Shown: positions 13,274 through 25,873 of the stretch, piece by piece
Position numbering within the stretch: the first letter of the stretch is position 1
Layout: each line of letters starts with the position of its first letter
Origin: Octopus bimaculoides
Taxonomy: Eukaryota
Length of the DNA: 42,088 nt
Assembly (NCBI RefSeq): GCF_001194135.2
Contig: NC_068982.1
Location: 19,616,363 to 19,658,450, forward strand
Direction of reading: 5' to 3'
Notes under the pieces: generated by a model
Database searches by the model: none
Told to the model about the DNA's origin: nothing
What the model saw: only the letters and a program-made list of their open reading frames with translations
Made by a program: the position numbers and the translations under genes

Positions 13274-16139
13274 GTGTTTGCGTGTGTATGTGTGTAAGCA
13301 TGAATGTATAAGTGTGCATGCATATGCGTGTGCTTGTGTGAGAGGGATGTTTGTGTGTGTGTATGTGTGTGCGTGCGCGTGATTGCCTGGGTTCGTATGT
13401 ATGTATTATGCGTATGTAGTAGTAGTTTAATCTATTTACCTATATAATTTCGATCTGTTACTTGTCTATCTGTGCATTTCTTTAAATGTATCTGCCCGTT
13501 AATATCGAAATTACCGTTGAAAGATTCTCTTTTATGTTTATAGTTTTAGGCAAATCCTAAGAATGAAATCCGATAGAAATCATGCATATCAAGCAACAAA
13601 TAAATTGAAAAAATAGTATTTGTAGTCTGCTGACCTATATCCATACTGAGTGCATGTAGTTATATACATTAACATCAAAAGTACACAAACGTGTATGTGA
13701 ATATACTAATGCGCAATCAGAAAGAAACCTAAAATCACGTACTATATATGGAGCACTATATATCTTCTTTTATTTGCCTGTGTAGTAATGTATGGAGTAA
13801 ATACACACATGCGTAAAACTAAAAATATCTTCGCTGTCAAAATCTGAAATTATGCATATGTGCTTATGTATTCTTTATGTATTCAAAATTTCAAAGAGTG
13901 CTGGTGTCCTTAGGGATTTCATTTGATAGGATCGAAGAAGAAAAATCGATGTAGCGATCACTTTAATTAGAGAAGCACAAAACAAAAATTATGCGGTGTT
14001 ATTGTAAAAGAAAGACAGTTCATGCTGAGTTATAAAGAATAGTAGAATATTGTCGATGAGCGAATAGATAAAGATAAAAGTAAGTAATATAAAGAAGAGA
14101 AACAATGAGACAGCGTTCTTGCTGCAGGGACTGAGATAATTCAGTATTATTAGATAGGTATTATATATAAATGAATATAAATGAATATATGATAGAATAG
14201 TTCTGATGTGTATTATGATAATTGTATCTGTTGAATACTTAATATTGGGCCGTTTAAAAAAAATTATTTAATCATCTATGAATCACTTACTCTGTGTAAA
14301 TCGAACTAACCTATTGGAAAAACTCAATGAAAATATCGATACTCATTAGTTATATTCAACTACAAGGACAGAATTGTTCGTATTCTGCTTCAAAGAGATT
14401 CGAAAAAGCAATATATTTGTTTCCATTTGGATCTTTCATGCCCGAGTCCCTTGAATGTAGTGTATATTGTTTGCAGAGTGGAAAAAGTCCTGAGTTTTCT
14501 ACTCCGCAATATATTTTTAAGTATTGATGCAAAAGTAATGGAAGGGAAACTGTCCTTTAATTAGACATACAGGAAACGTGGCAATACGTGGCTATAATAT
14601 TAATAACCATACCATAATTGACATTTCTAATTCTCACCTGCACTACGGTGACACTATATCTATTGATGTGCGCAAGACTAATTTACGTGAACAGGAAATA
14701 TTGGTAATTTTATTGCGGAGATTTAATGACTTGTACTGCTCTACTTCTAAGGAAAAAAAAAGAAAAAACATACATGAAAAAATCGGAGTGATCACAGTTA
14801 ATGTAAAGAACACTTCAAACTAACACGTGCTTCCATAATCAAGCTGCAGCATACTGTCTAAAAGAGGATCACGATTAGTGTTGGTTTTCCCATCGACGTA
14901 ATTTTTTTGTATTTAATTTTCTTTTGGTTTGTACAAGTAATATGTCGAGGAGGAAAGAAAACGTGTTCAACATGTCTCAAACGTGACTCTCAGTTTCATA
15001 AAGTATATAGTTAACAGTTAAACATAGTTATTTCGTCGCATTAAAATTCTTCTAAAACATGTTAGTTATCGATTAGTATGTTTGTATTTCCGACTGGATG
15101 TAATATTTTATTAGTGCTCGTTTAAAATTGATTCAATTGAGTGTTTAGTTTCCTCGCGACTGGTGTAATTATAGTGTAAATTATATTACTGCGTTGTTCA
15201 GCAAGTTGTTGTAAGCTATATGATTAAACAATATCGACTAGCAACTGTTTCGTGTTATTAATTTCATTTATATTCATGATTTCGCAAAAGAAATATATAG
15301 CCATTTGAGAGTGAGAATTTATGGATGGAATTTATTACTATACCTATATTTCGTAAACAGTCAAACGTTTTTTATCAATAGCAAGAAATTCTTTCTCGTA
15401 CAACACACATTACTGACTAAAAACGCAATCACATACCTTTTATTAGATACGGAAATTAATTGATGTTTACGATTGTAACTACCTTCGTTTGGGCTGCCCC
15501 AGTCAAAGATGACATGGGACAACAGAAGTCGCAACAGTCATGTACTAGTTTTCTTTGATTTGTATTGATTCAGTGTCTAGTTGTTAATCCCTTGACCATT
15601 TAATGACATCGTAGAATGACTCCAGAGCACTTGGATAGTTATATAAATGATACTATGTACTTAAGCATAGGATGTGTTTCATTTAACATATCCTTCATTG
15701 CGCTTTTAAATTCCAATTTATTGAATTCAGTTGGATAATATGTCAACTAAGTCCATTAGACATCACTTGGATTGGTAGCTTCGTATCAGATCTCATCAAT
15801 TCAGTTTCTTCTTCCTACTACATTTATAATCATATTTGGTGTTCCCCGGGTTCTGATTGTGTGCATTACTCTCTGGTTCGATACACTAAATTATCTGCAT
15901 GTCGACACATTCAACAATTCCACTCTGATGCACCCGACATAAAACTTCATTCCTCCCTAGCTTTCCCAAATATTGATCATGCACAAAAAATTAGGCATCG
16001 TACAGCAATTCCACGTTGAATCCATAAGCCGAAACCTTGAGTGATTCCTCCATTTGGACTGTGAATAACTTGTTACATATAAGAGCAAAAATCTAAAGCA
16101 ATATTAAGAATAAAGAAAATCACTGCAACACAAGTGACA

Positions 16140-16460
16140 TTCCTTACAGGCCTCAAACTTGCTCCCAATGAAGGGTCCCAGTCACAACGGGATATCTTCC
16201 CGAGGAAGCGCATTATTAGCATGGCTACGACCGCTTTCAAATGACTACACCTAATCTTCAGTACCAATTCAACTTAAAAAAGATCCACACTCTCATTAAA
16301 GATCGGGTATGAGTTACAAGAAGGTTTTTCTCCCATATCTACAATGATACGGATGCTAGAGGCACGGAAATCTTGGGAAGTAATTAGAAAAGGGTCACTC
16401 ACACTATACGAATTCAATCACTAGCGATGCAATTTAACATCTGGCGATCGGACGTGCTTT
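16140..16460 (+). pseudogene. Highly decayed non-LTR retrotransposon RT fragment, RTE-like
   Basis: GSQSQRDIFP resembles the G(V/T)PQGDxLSP motif. In another frame, GTEILGS..RVTHTIRIQSLAMQFNIWRS resembles the post-YADD 'LGS...RI..A...F..L..IW' region. Many stops are present and the similarity is weak. Confidence 0.35.
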
Positions 16461-17382
16461 TCTACTCACATCACTGTCCCTACTATAATGGCATCTCATA
16501 CAAGGAACTGGCTGGTCTCATAATCCCACCACTCAGGTACAGCCGACCTATTTGTCTCTCCACTTCTCGTCCCGTATGTTGCCTCCCAAACCCCTTATCT
16601 CGGCGTAATGTCTTTGTTTAATACGTTTTAACAGAACATAGAGCATTTGTAATATCGTATATCATGTGCTTCTTGCAGTTGATGGGCTGGAAATGATCGG
16701 TGGTTTCGTAGCAAAGTTCATTGGCATTTTCCCTTCCACCAGGCTCACCAAATAAACGATGTATAGCTCTATCACCAAAGACTTTTGATACGCTAAGTCG
16801 CATTCACAGTCAATACAGTCAGTACAAAACATGTACGAAAAACCAATTTATTTATGAGTCAATTTATACAAATAATAGTTTAGATTTCGGAAATAGTTTA
16901 CAAAATTATGACGTAATAATCAAGTTTATAGGAATTAGATCAGTACAAGATTATCTCTGTAACTTTCATTTACAATAGATTCATTGTACATTAACACACA
17001 CAAAAAAAAAAAAAACATACGCTGAAATATTATTTACTCTACATATAAATCGATGTAAAATTAAAGTGTTACACTCTTTCTCTTTAGAGATAGGAATCAA
17101 AGAGAAAACCTGAGGTAATAGCTAAAAATTTATTTCGAATATTGAATTGATAAATTGATCATATATGTGTAGGAAATCTATATTTGCAAATCCTTTTATG
17201 TACATATGTTAGGAATATCGTGATATAACTTTAACTGAAAGCACTTTAATGTTTATATGCACAAACGCACACGCACATAGACAAACACATATATAGGCAT
17301 GGATGTATTCGTTATGCAGTATCGTTTATGTATAAGTATACACATATATATATATATATATATATGTGTATATATGAATGTA

Positions 17383-17433
<51 letters not shown>

Positions 17434-17704
17434 GCGAAACAATGTTAGGTGCTTTTAGATGTGAATATATTTATTTTACAACTTGTTATACTTAGGATTA
17501 CGGCTGTTTCGTAGTCCTTTAACCTTTTAACGCTATTTGAAAATAGCTGTTGTTCAAAACTATCTTTGTTTTCTCTTTATAGACTCTGCTGCCTGTTCCC
17601 TACTGAATTCATATACTTTTTTATATGCATTTGAAATACTTTCTAATGTGTTTTTTAGTTAATTTAACTACATCACTTCCTCTCTCTAATGATTATATGA
17701 AGAG

Positions 17705-18001
17705 AGGTCCTTTCCCCATATACTGCATTAATATTCCTCGCACTTTCCCTCACGTTCTTGCTTTTACTGAACTCATAAAGCAAAATATGCTGTATGTGCT
17801 CCTTTGTCACTTCCATTACTGCTTTGAAACAATAACTGTTAAAATCAAACTGCACTCTTCAAAACTTTCACTAAGACGCAGGACAAAATAAAATTACTAC
17901 CTGCTTATATAACAAGTTGATGCAGGTAGATGTTCTCTTATCCATCCGACTTTTACTTCATGCAATTGAAAAAACTGCATTATTTATGAGATGACCCAAT
18001 A
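17705..18001 (-). mobile_element. 5'-terminal fragment of a second mariner family (TIR plus transposase N-terminal HTH)
   Basis: The minus strand begins TATTGGGTCATCTCATAAATAATGCAG, a mariner-type TIR. ATG at 17816 gives MEVTKEHIQHILLYEFSKSKNVRESARNINAVYGER, the typical mariner HTH start, and similarity stops after that. Confidence 0.85.
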
Positions 18002-19031
18002 CATGCATAGAAACACATAGACTGATGATACATACCATACATACATGTATGTATATACTTATGTACGTATATAGGTTTGCATGTATGGATGTGCGTACGT
18101 ACGTATTTATGTATGTATGTATCCATGATTTTATGTCACTACAAACGAAAATGTTCTAAGAAAAATACCTCAAAGTGAATAGTAACTTGAACTTGGGCAA
18201 TAAATTTGAATAAATATATTTGAAATGACACGTAAGAGAAATTCGTGATTTATTGAAATCAATTTTTTTTTTCCGAAGCAAGAATAAACGAACGCCTAAT
18301 GTCAACTGAGACTAGTTCCATCTGGGAACGAATGATAATCTGAAGAATCAAGAATTTGTCCAAATTGCTTTCTTTTAAGCTTAATGCAGATACATTAGTA
18401 ATGTGTGTGAGTTATTCCGTTCAACTTCTGTCTTCCTCGGGCTTATAGTTATAAATTTCATATGCCAACGATTATTTGTATTATAGACTCTCTCTCGCTT
18501 GAGAAATAATGCATTGTTTTCTCAAGCAATCTATATTTCGTTTTGAAAAATGATGAAATCTATTGTAATGAATTTTCGCTCTGAAATAATATTTTCATGG
18601 TTGCACGCTTCCTTTTCTGAAACATTACACTAAATATTTCTTATTTACCTAAGAGTTACACAAAGTACTAGAATACGATTGTTATCCGATGAAGAAATTG
18701 CATCTATTTTGAGCAGGCAAAAATTGTACGTATACTAACATAATAAAATCATTTCATCCACCAAATAAATCACCGCCATTTATCTGAGAATATTAAATAT
18801 CTGAGTAAGACAACTGACAAATGTCCCAGATTAAGTATTTGCCAAAAATGTAGGTCTGTTGTTTATATCACCATTGTATATTCAGAAAAGGAATGGGAAC
18901 AATTACTTGCAATTGTAAGACACAAATTTGGTTTCATATTTTATCAGTAGATGCGAATGAATATGAAAGGGTAATATGGCCATACAGCTTCACCGTTTTG
19001 TCCACAGATTCTGCACTTATCACTTTATCAC

Positions 19032-19052
19032 TATTATTAATTATTATTATTA

Positions 19053-19113
<61 letters not shown>

Positions 19114-19170
19114 TATTATTATTATTATTATCCTACTTATCATTATTACTACTACTACTACTACTATTAC

Positions 19171-19204
<34 letters not shown>

Positions 19205-19247
19205 GGTGGTGGTGGTGGTGGTGGTGGTGGTAGTAGTAGTAGTAGTA
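19032..19247. repeat. Compound trinucleotide microsatellite (ATT)n-(ACT)n-(AGT)n-(GGT)n-(AGT)n
   Basis: Read directly from the sequence. Confidence 0.95.
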
Positions 19248-19324
19248 TTTAAGGCGGTGAACTGGCAGAATCTTGATCAGAGCGTGCTAAACGCTTAGCG
19301 TCCTTTCGTTCGTCTTTATGTATT

Positions 19325-19481
19325 CATTTACATTATTTACATCTGACGGATATTTGTCCTCATGTTGCTTGTTCTTAACACAAGGTGGGCCCACGGGCAT
19401 GTGGCGCAGTGGTTAAGAGTGCGGATTATTGTCCCCAAGATTCCGAGTTCGATTCCAGGCAGTGACCTGAACAATAACAAC

Positions 19482-19515
<34 letters not shown>

Positions 19516-19694
19516 GCATCGAAAAATACCTTAGGAATGAGAACCCAGGTTCGAAATTTCCCCCAAAACACCTGATGAAGGTTGGAGGGTATATCAGCGG
19601 AAACATTGTGTTAACAACAAACAAGATGAGGGCAAATATCAGTCAAATGTAAATAATGTAAATAATGTACATAATTCCTCACCTTATAGAACAT
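19325..19694 (+). mobile_element. tRNA-headed SINE with hammerhead/Penelope-like tail (copy A), with an inverted tail copy at its 5' end
   Basis: A box TGGCGCAGTGG (19402-19412), B box GTTCGATTCC (19447-19456), (AAC/AAT)n spacer and tail (19520-19690). Segment 19326-19383 is an inverted copy of 19606-19663. Flanks TTTATGTATT and TTTACGTATT form a TSD-like pair. Confidence 0.85.
19568..19612 (+). ncRNA. Degenerate minimal type-I hammerhead-ribozyme-like motif
   Basis: ACAC-CTGATGA-A-GGTTG-loop-CAGCG-GAAA-CA-TT-GTGTT. Core CUGAUGA and GAAA are present and stem I (ACAC/GTGT) pairs, but stems II and III carry substitutions. Confidence 0.45.
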
Positions 19695-19813
19695 TTTACG
19701 TATTGAGTTCGAATTTTGCCATGGTGGACTCAGCCTTTTATCATTTCGGGTTACATAAAAAAATTACCATTTGAACCGCGAAATTGCTGGCCTTGTTCCA
19801 AAATTTGAAGCCA

Positions 19814-19906
19814 TTCTTCTTCTTCTTCTTCTTCTTCTTCTTCTTCTTCTTCTTCTTCTTCTTCTTCTTCTTCTTCTTCTTCTTCTTCTTCTTCTTCTTC
19901 TTCTTC

Positions 19907-19973
<67 letters not shown>
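19814..19973. repeat. (TTC)n-(TTA)n compound microsatellite at the SINE 3' end
   Basis: Read directly from the sequence. Confidence 0.95.
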
Positions 19974-22502
19974 GCTATTTGAATTTGAATACATAACACG
20001 TTACTGACACTAATGAGAAAGCTATAAATATTATTATATTCATTTCTCTTATGCAAGACAGGTATTTTTATTAGTAGTGAGTGCTTTTAATAGGGATTAA
20101 GTAAGTGGTACAAATAGGATAAGATGATAATCCTATGTATTTCTAATTAATTCTACTTGCTGCTAACTACTTTTATACATATTTCTAATACACGCCATTA
20201 ATGACGTCAATAAGGAGACTAGTTTGAGATATTATTCTGTTGATTGATACTTTCTCTCACGATATGCCAAAAATATGTGCGTGCTAGGAATAAATATTTA
20301 TGGCGTTCATTTGTCATGTGCGTTGTAATCGAAAAGACAGCTCCTTTTCGAAAACTGCAATGCAAGAACCTGTTTCCATTAGTAGCAGTTTTGTTAAACC
20401 GGTAAACTCTTAAAGATTTAATTGTTAATATCAGGGATTTATCATTGGTTAACCTCTCTCTAGGTTTAATCCAACTTAGTAAATGCTGCCTGTACTGACC
20501 AAGGATATCGAGCAATAATTCTAACTCAAAGAAATTCAAATTAATTTTCAATATACATTTGTTTACATATACACGACATTCCAGACCTCCACAAATTTAC
20601 ATTTTATCCTGTAATTTGTAAGACGTAGTGTACCTGAACTTTGTGTTGTACTGCTCTTAACCAGAGAATTCGGCTATGCTGATGCAACGCCATTGAGTTA
20701 TTAATTTCATTTCATTTCCACAGATATGTTTCCATATTCTGTATCTGCGATTAGAAGAAAAGCAAAAACATGCATATGTGTGCCTCATAGAATGCTGAGA
20801 TTTTAAGGAAGGTATTATAAATCGTAGGACTTCAAACCTACACTGTTAATGTATTTCTTCATTACAGCATTTCATGTGCTTTCTTTTCACAAAAATTCGA
20901 GGGCATAATCTGAGCGAGATTTTACTTCCGTTGAAGCGTCTTTTTTGACACATTGATTTGCTTGTTCACTGGTTCACCGTCATATATAATAGTATCTTAA
21001 AACTGTAAAGACGGTATTGGTTTTCGATTGTTTTAAAAAGAAATATTTGAAGCCTATAATACATCAAAGAAAAAATGTGTCAGGCACTTAAATTTGTGGA
21101 TTAATGGGATTTTCTTTATAATGAAGAGTTAGGCCATATTTTGGGGAAAGATATGGAACAAGATATTTTAATATCCATGTCTTCATATGGGTTTTAATTT
21201 AATAGAGATTACGTATGAGTTCAAATCAAAATTTAAAGTAACGTCCAGCTTTAGTTTTCCACGTGATTGTTACAGACACTTAGTGCTTTTTAATACCGCT
21301 ACATTTAGAATGGATGATAATTTATTAACCAATTACATCTAAAGATTATATGCAAATTATTCAAATTATCAAATTCTACCTCGATCACAAATTAATATTG
21401 ATGTAGTGTTGTTGCAGAACCATTGATCAGCTATAATAAAAGAAATTCGATAAAACAAAGCCCTCAGTCGAGAATTTTATATCCTGAACTACCTCACTGT
21501 GTCAGGTGGGTCTGCACTTTAGCTATTTGCTCCCACAGGAGTACGTGAACCCACAATATTCCAAAACAATAAAATAATCAATCAAAGCGAAATTCTCTGC
21601 CAGCCGAGCCATGCAGATTGAGATGTGGCCAGTGACGTTCAGTTTGGATGGTGAAAAGTACTCAACTACAACATTATAGGGAGTTTTATAGACTTTTTGG
21701 GAGCTGACTATATATTTTCGGAGTAACTTCAGGCTCATTCTTCATTTCATGCTACTTTTTAATCTTAATAAATTAATATTTTGGAAATATTTCTCTTATT
21801 AAGTTAGATAAACCAATGTGAACATTTCGGTATTCCGTTCTATGACAAAATGTAGTCCTAATCAGATGTAAGGATGGCTTTTAGACATTATATATATAAG
21901 GTGAATATTGTTCATTTATCATTGTGCGCTTCCCGAGAGATGCCTTGGCCTGAGAATCATAGATAACAGTACGGTATCATATAATGCAATGAGCCTCAAC
22001 AACGCATAGTTAATTGAAATTACATCTGTATTGAGAAGAAAATGACAGAATGAATGGTCATTCTTGTAATGAAGTTAAGGGAAGAAACTCCGAATTTTAA
22101 GATATATTACAAATTGAATGCAGATAAGGAGAAAAAAACAGGAACCTGGTATTTATGCTGAAATTATGCAAACGCAAACCAATCTATTTTTTATTATGTA
22201 AAAAATAAATTTATCATTTGTCCCCACAGGACTCTATAGAATACAGCAAACACATATTGTAGTCCATTAGACACTTAACATATTGACCTACTTAATTTGG
22301 CTGTTACAGCCCAGATAACTTCTAGCTGTCCTCATGGCTATTATCAAATACATAGATGTTCAAGCTCCGAGCTCTTAAGGATTGCTTTATCAAGGAGTAT
22401 GAAATGCTTGCGTTGAAGTATTTCTGCCGATTCTTCTGGCTTTCATTTTAGGCAGCAGATGGTGGAATCGTTCCAGTTTGTTTTATTTATTCTAGAACTT
22501 TG

Positions 22503-22530
22503 GGTTCTGACTTCAAATTCCGCCGTGACC
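22503..22530 (+). mobile_element. Short B-box fragment of SINE family 2
   Basis: GTTCTGACTTCAAATTCCGCCGTGACC matches GTTCTGAGCTCAAATTCCGCCGAGGTC in the minus-strand copy at 27531-27763. Confidence 0.55.
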
Positions 22531-23524
22531 AATTGGATTTGGAGATGCAGTTTACCTTTGTTACCTTGTCCTTGAGTGACCTTAATGAGTTCTTTGCTAA
22601 TACAATGATTTGGATCACACCAATGATTTAAGCATAACTTCCCTCCAGCCACCCGTCTTGAAAGCAACCCTTTCCTAAATAAATGACAGCAAATTGAAAA
22701 AGTTTTAAAAAAATACCGGTTTGAAATAATCATTGAAGTTAAATCTCACTCAAACCCCTTTGTTGGAATGTCAAGATAAGCGCACGAATGCAGTGTTACT
22801 TCAGATATGATAGAAGATGCCAGAGTTTTAACTATATACTCGGTACCATATATCTTATTAACGAACGTCAGTTTTGGTTTTTCTCCACGTATAATCAAAT
22901 TCGTTTGAATTTTGGAAGTTATTCAGTTTCTATAGTATTTGTTGTACTAATAGATAGATCTAATTTTCTACTGTATATCACTTTTTTTCTTTTAGTTCTC
23001 ATAATAACATTTAGTTAATGACATTTCGTCACGAACGTATATCTTTAGAATACAATTCATCACCATCTGTACAATTGCTTAACATCATTTACGAGGCTTT
23101 CAGCAAATCAAGGGTTAGTGGCGACATTTCTTCGTTTCGCATTCAAACTATTATCACATTACTTTGTGACGGCTTTTTTTAGTGTTACTGGAGGTCAAAT
23201 GTCAATATGATGCCTTCAATATTTCTCTATTTTAGAGAAAAAGCTAACTTTATATGAATAACAGTTTTCTTTCAGAAAAACATCAGACTTGTTTCTGATA
23301 TATAGAACACATAATGGTTGACATCAAAGCATTCACTCTCTGTCTAACTCCGTTATTCTATTCCGATATTATAAAGAGGCCAAAATAAGTATATAATTCA
23401 ATGCTATTCAAACGGTAACAATGTATTCAAATTTGATTATTGGAATTGGAAGTCTATAATTTTGTACACCTCAGCAAGATTCTGTGTAGTCATGTACCAC
23501 TCAGTCTCTCTGTTTCCATCTGTT

Positions 23525-23555
<31 letters not shown>

Positions 23556-24648
23556 GAATATATATAGGTACATAGGTATTTATGAGCATGAATATATATG
23601 TATATGTGGGTGTGTTTGTACATGTATATATGCATATATATGTATATGTATATATGTATGTATATGTAGGTATATGTAAGTATATGTACGTGTATGTGTC
23701 TGTGTATATGTTTGTGTGTATTTTCTGTGAGAATTTGTAAGTTTATTTTACGTGCAAAAATAATATATCTAGCGCTTACAAAAATCGTGTACATGCTATT
23801 CATGTACACACAAACAGGTGTAACAATCTGCCTACTACATCGAGTATGTGGGTATATGGTGTAAAGTTTTACCGTTAAACGCCTCTCCTTTATTTACTAA
23901 TTAATCCATTTAATCTCGTTTTGGTTTTCTCTTCATTTTTGTTGAAAATTGTTTTTATTTCGATATAATAAATAATATAGGACATATTTAACAGTTTCAA
24001 TTTCAATTAAAGGAAAAAAAAACAATCAAAACATTCTCTACTTGTTTTGAACGTTCTTATTATGTTAGTCCGATATAAACCAATGTACAAATAAAATACA
24101 TACTTAAATGTATGTATGTATGTATGTATATTAAACCTAACCCAGAAGATTTTCGTCACTCGCCAACAAATACAGGATCAGAGCTTCACACATAGTGCAC
24201 TGATAGAGTGATAGAGGACAAAAAAAAAAAAGAAACAGCAGCAATAACGGTTAAGAAATGGCAGAGATCCTGCTTAAACAATCTAATTTTACCTTCAGTG
24301 ATCCACAGAGGTTGTTATTCGTAATGTCAACGAAGTCAGTGGTGACATACCTTCTCCGACATAACATTTCATATTCAAAATATCTTCACAGCAATTAATG
24401 GAAAGAAACATTATCTTCGTATTCTAAATCGAAATTTTGCAGGAATGCCGGCAAGAAAATTCAACATTTCAAGGTAAACCTCTGAAGATTATCTCTCGAT
24501 ATAAGCAAAATAACGAAACACTTCGTATTACATTCTATTATACGACTGTTCAAAAATTGAACCATGTAACATTTTGCTAGCTATGTCTCGAACATACTGA
24601 AATCGCGTAAAAAATATTTAAACAAGTGGTATGACCAAGGTTAATTAG

Positions 24649-24858
24649 CTTCTCAACCCCAGCCAACATGGCTTCCTTTGTGACAAAAACCGCCTACTAC
24701 AGCTCCTGCAACACTTTGATAATATACTGAAAGACTTATTTGAAATTTCAAACGTCGATGCTGTATATCTCGATCGCATTAAGCCTTTCGAGAGAATTGG
24801 CAAGGTATTTTTATTAAAACTGTCCAACGTTGAAGATAGTGCAACAGTGTTATCCTAG
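24649..24858 (+). pseudogene. CR1/L2-clade LINE reverse-transcriptase fragment
   Basis: Open frame LLNPSQHGFLCDKNRLLQLLQHFDNILKDLFEISNVDAVYLDRIKPFERIGKVFLLKLSN* matches the conserved QHGF..RS..TQL......D..YLDFxKAFD.V.H..LL.KL segment of CR1-type RT. Confidence 0.85.
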
Positions 24859-24961
24859 TTTAATAATTTTCTCCTGAACTCATTAGTTTTTAATCACTAT
24901 TTGCCTATGATTATCGTACTTCGATGGATCGACCCATCTATTCATACACTCATTTATCATT

Positions 24962-25056
<95 letters not shown>

Positions 25057-25835
25057 NNNNNNNNNNNNNNNNNNNNNNNNNNNNNNNNNNNNNNNNNNNN
25101 NNNNNNNNNNNNNNNNNNNNNNNNNNNNNNNNNNNNNNNNNNNNNNNNNNNNNNNNNNNNNNNNNNNNNNNNNNNNNNNNNNNNNNNNNNNNNNNNNNNN
25201 NNNNNNNNNNNNNNNNNNNNNNNNNNNNNNNNNNNNNNNNNNNNNNNNNNNNNNNNNNNNNNNNNNNNNNNNNNNNNNNNNNNNNNNNNNNNNNNNNNNN
25301 NNNNNNNNNNNNNNNNNNNNNNNNNNNNNNNNNNNNNNNNNNNNNNNNNNNNNNNNNNNNNNNNNNNNNNNNNNNNNNNNNNNNNNNNNNNNNNNNNNNN
25401 NNNNNNNNNNNNNNNNNNNNNNNNNNNNNNNNNNNNNNNNNNNNNNNNNNNNNNNNNNNNNNNNNNNNNNNNNNNNNNNNNNNNNNNNNNNNNNNNNNNN
25501 NNNNNNNNNNNNNNNNNNNNNNNNNNNNNNNNNNNNNNNNNNNNNNNNNNNNNNNNNNNNNNNNNNNNNNNNNNNNNNNNNNNNNNNNNNNNNNNNNNNN
25601 NNNNNNNNNNNNNNNNNNNNNNNNNNNNNNNNNNNNNNNNNNNNNNNNNNNNNNNNNNNNNNNNNNNNNNNNNNNNNNNNNNNNNNNNNNNNNNNNNNNN
25701 NNNNNNNNNNNNNNNNNNNNNNNNNNNNNNNNNNNNNNNNNNNNNNNNNNNNNNNNNNNNNNNNNNNNNNNNNNNNNNNNNNNNNNNNNNNNNNNNNNNN
25801 NNNNNNNNNNNNNNNNNNNNNNNNNNNNNNNNNNN

Positions 25836-25873
<38 letters not shown>

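Larger units (their letters stand above)
19253..19815 (+). mobile_element. tRNA-derived SINE (family 2), split by an insertion at 19325-19694
   Basis: The 5' half GGCGGTGAACTGGCAGAATC...GCTTAGCG...TTCGTTCGTCTTTA (19253-19320) and the 3' half GAGTTCGAATTTTGCC..GACTCAGCCTTTTATCATTTCGG.. (19695-19815) are colinear with the uninterrupted copy at 27531-27763. Confidence 0.8.

Noticed and set aside
19389-19465. Possible genuine tRNA gene (also 30880-30945 and 41051-41110)
   Set aside because: A and B boxes are present, but the acceptor stem does not pair, anticodon arms differ among copies, and each continues into a shared non-tRNA body. These are SINE heads.
21540-21650. Acceptor-like TTTGCTCCCACAG followed by moderately GC-rich sequence
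   Set aside because: All frames close within about 90 nt and there is no strong donor, so it is too weak to call.
22314-22420. SCPHGYYQIHRCSS resembling a TNFR/EGF-like cysteine-rich exon
   Set aside because: Cysteine spacing does not continue in frame and there is no convincing donor site.
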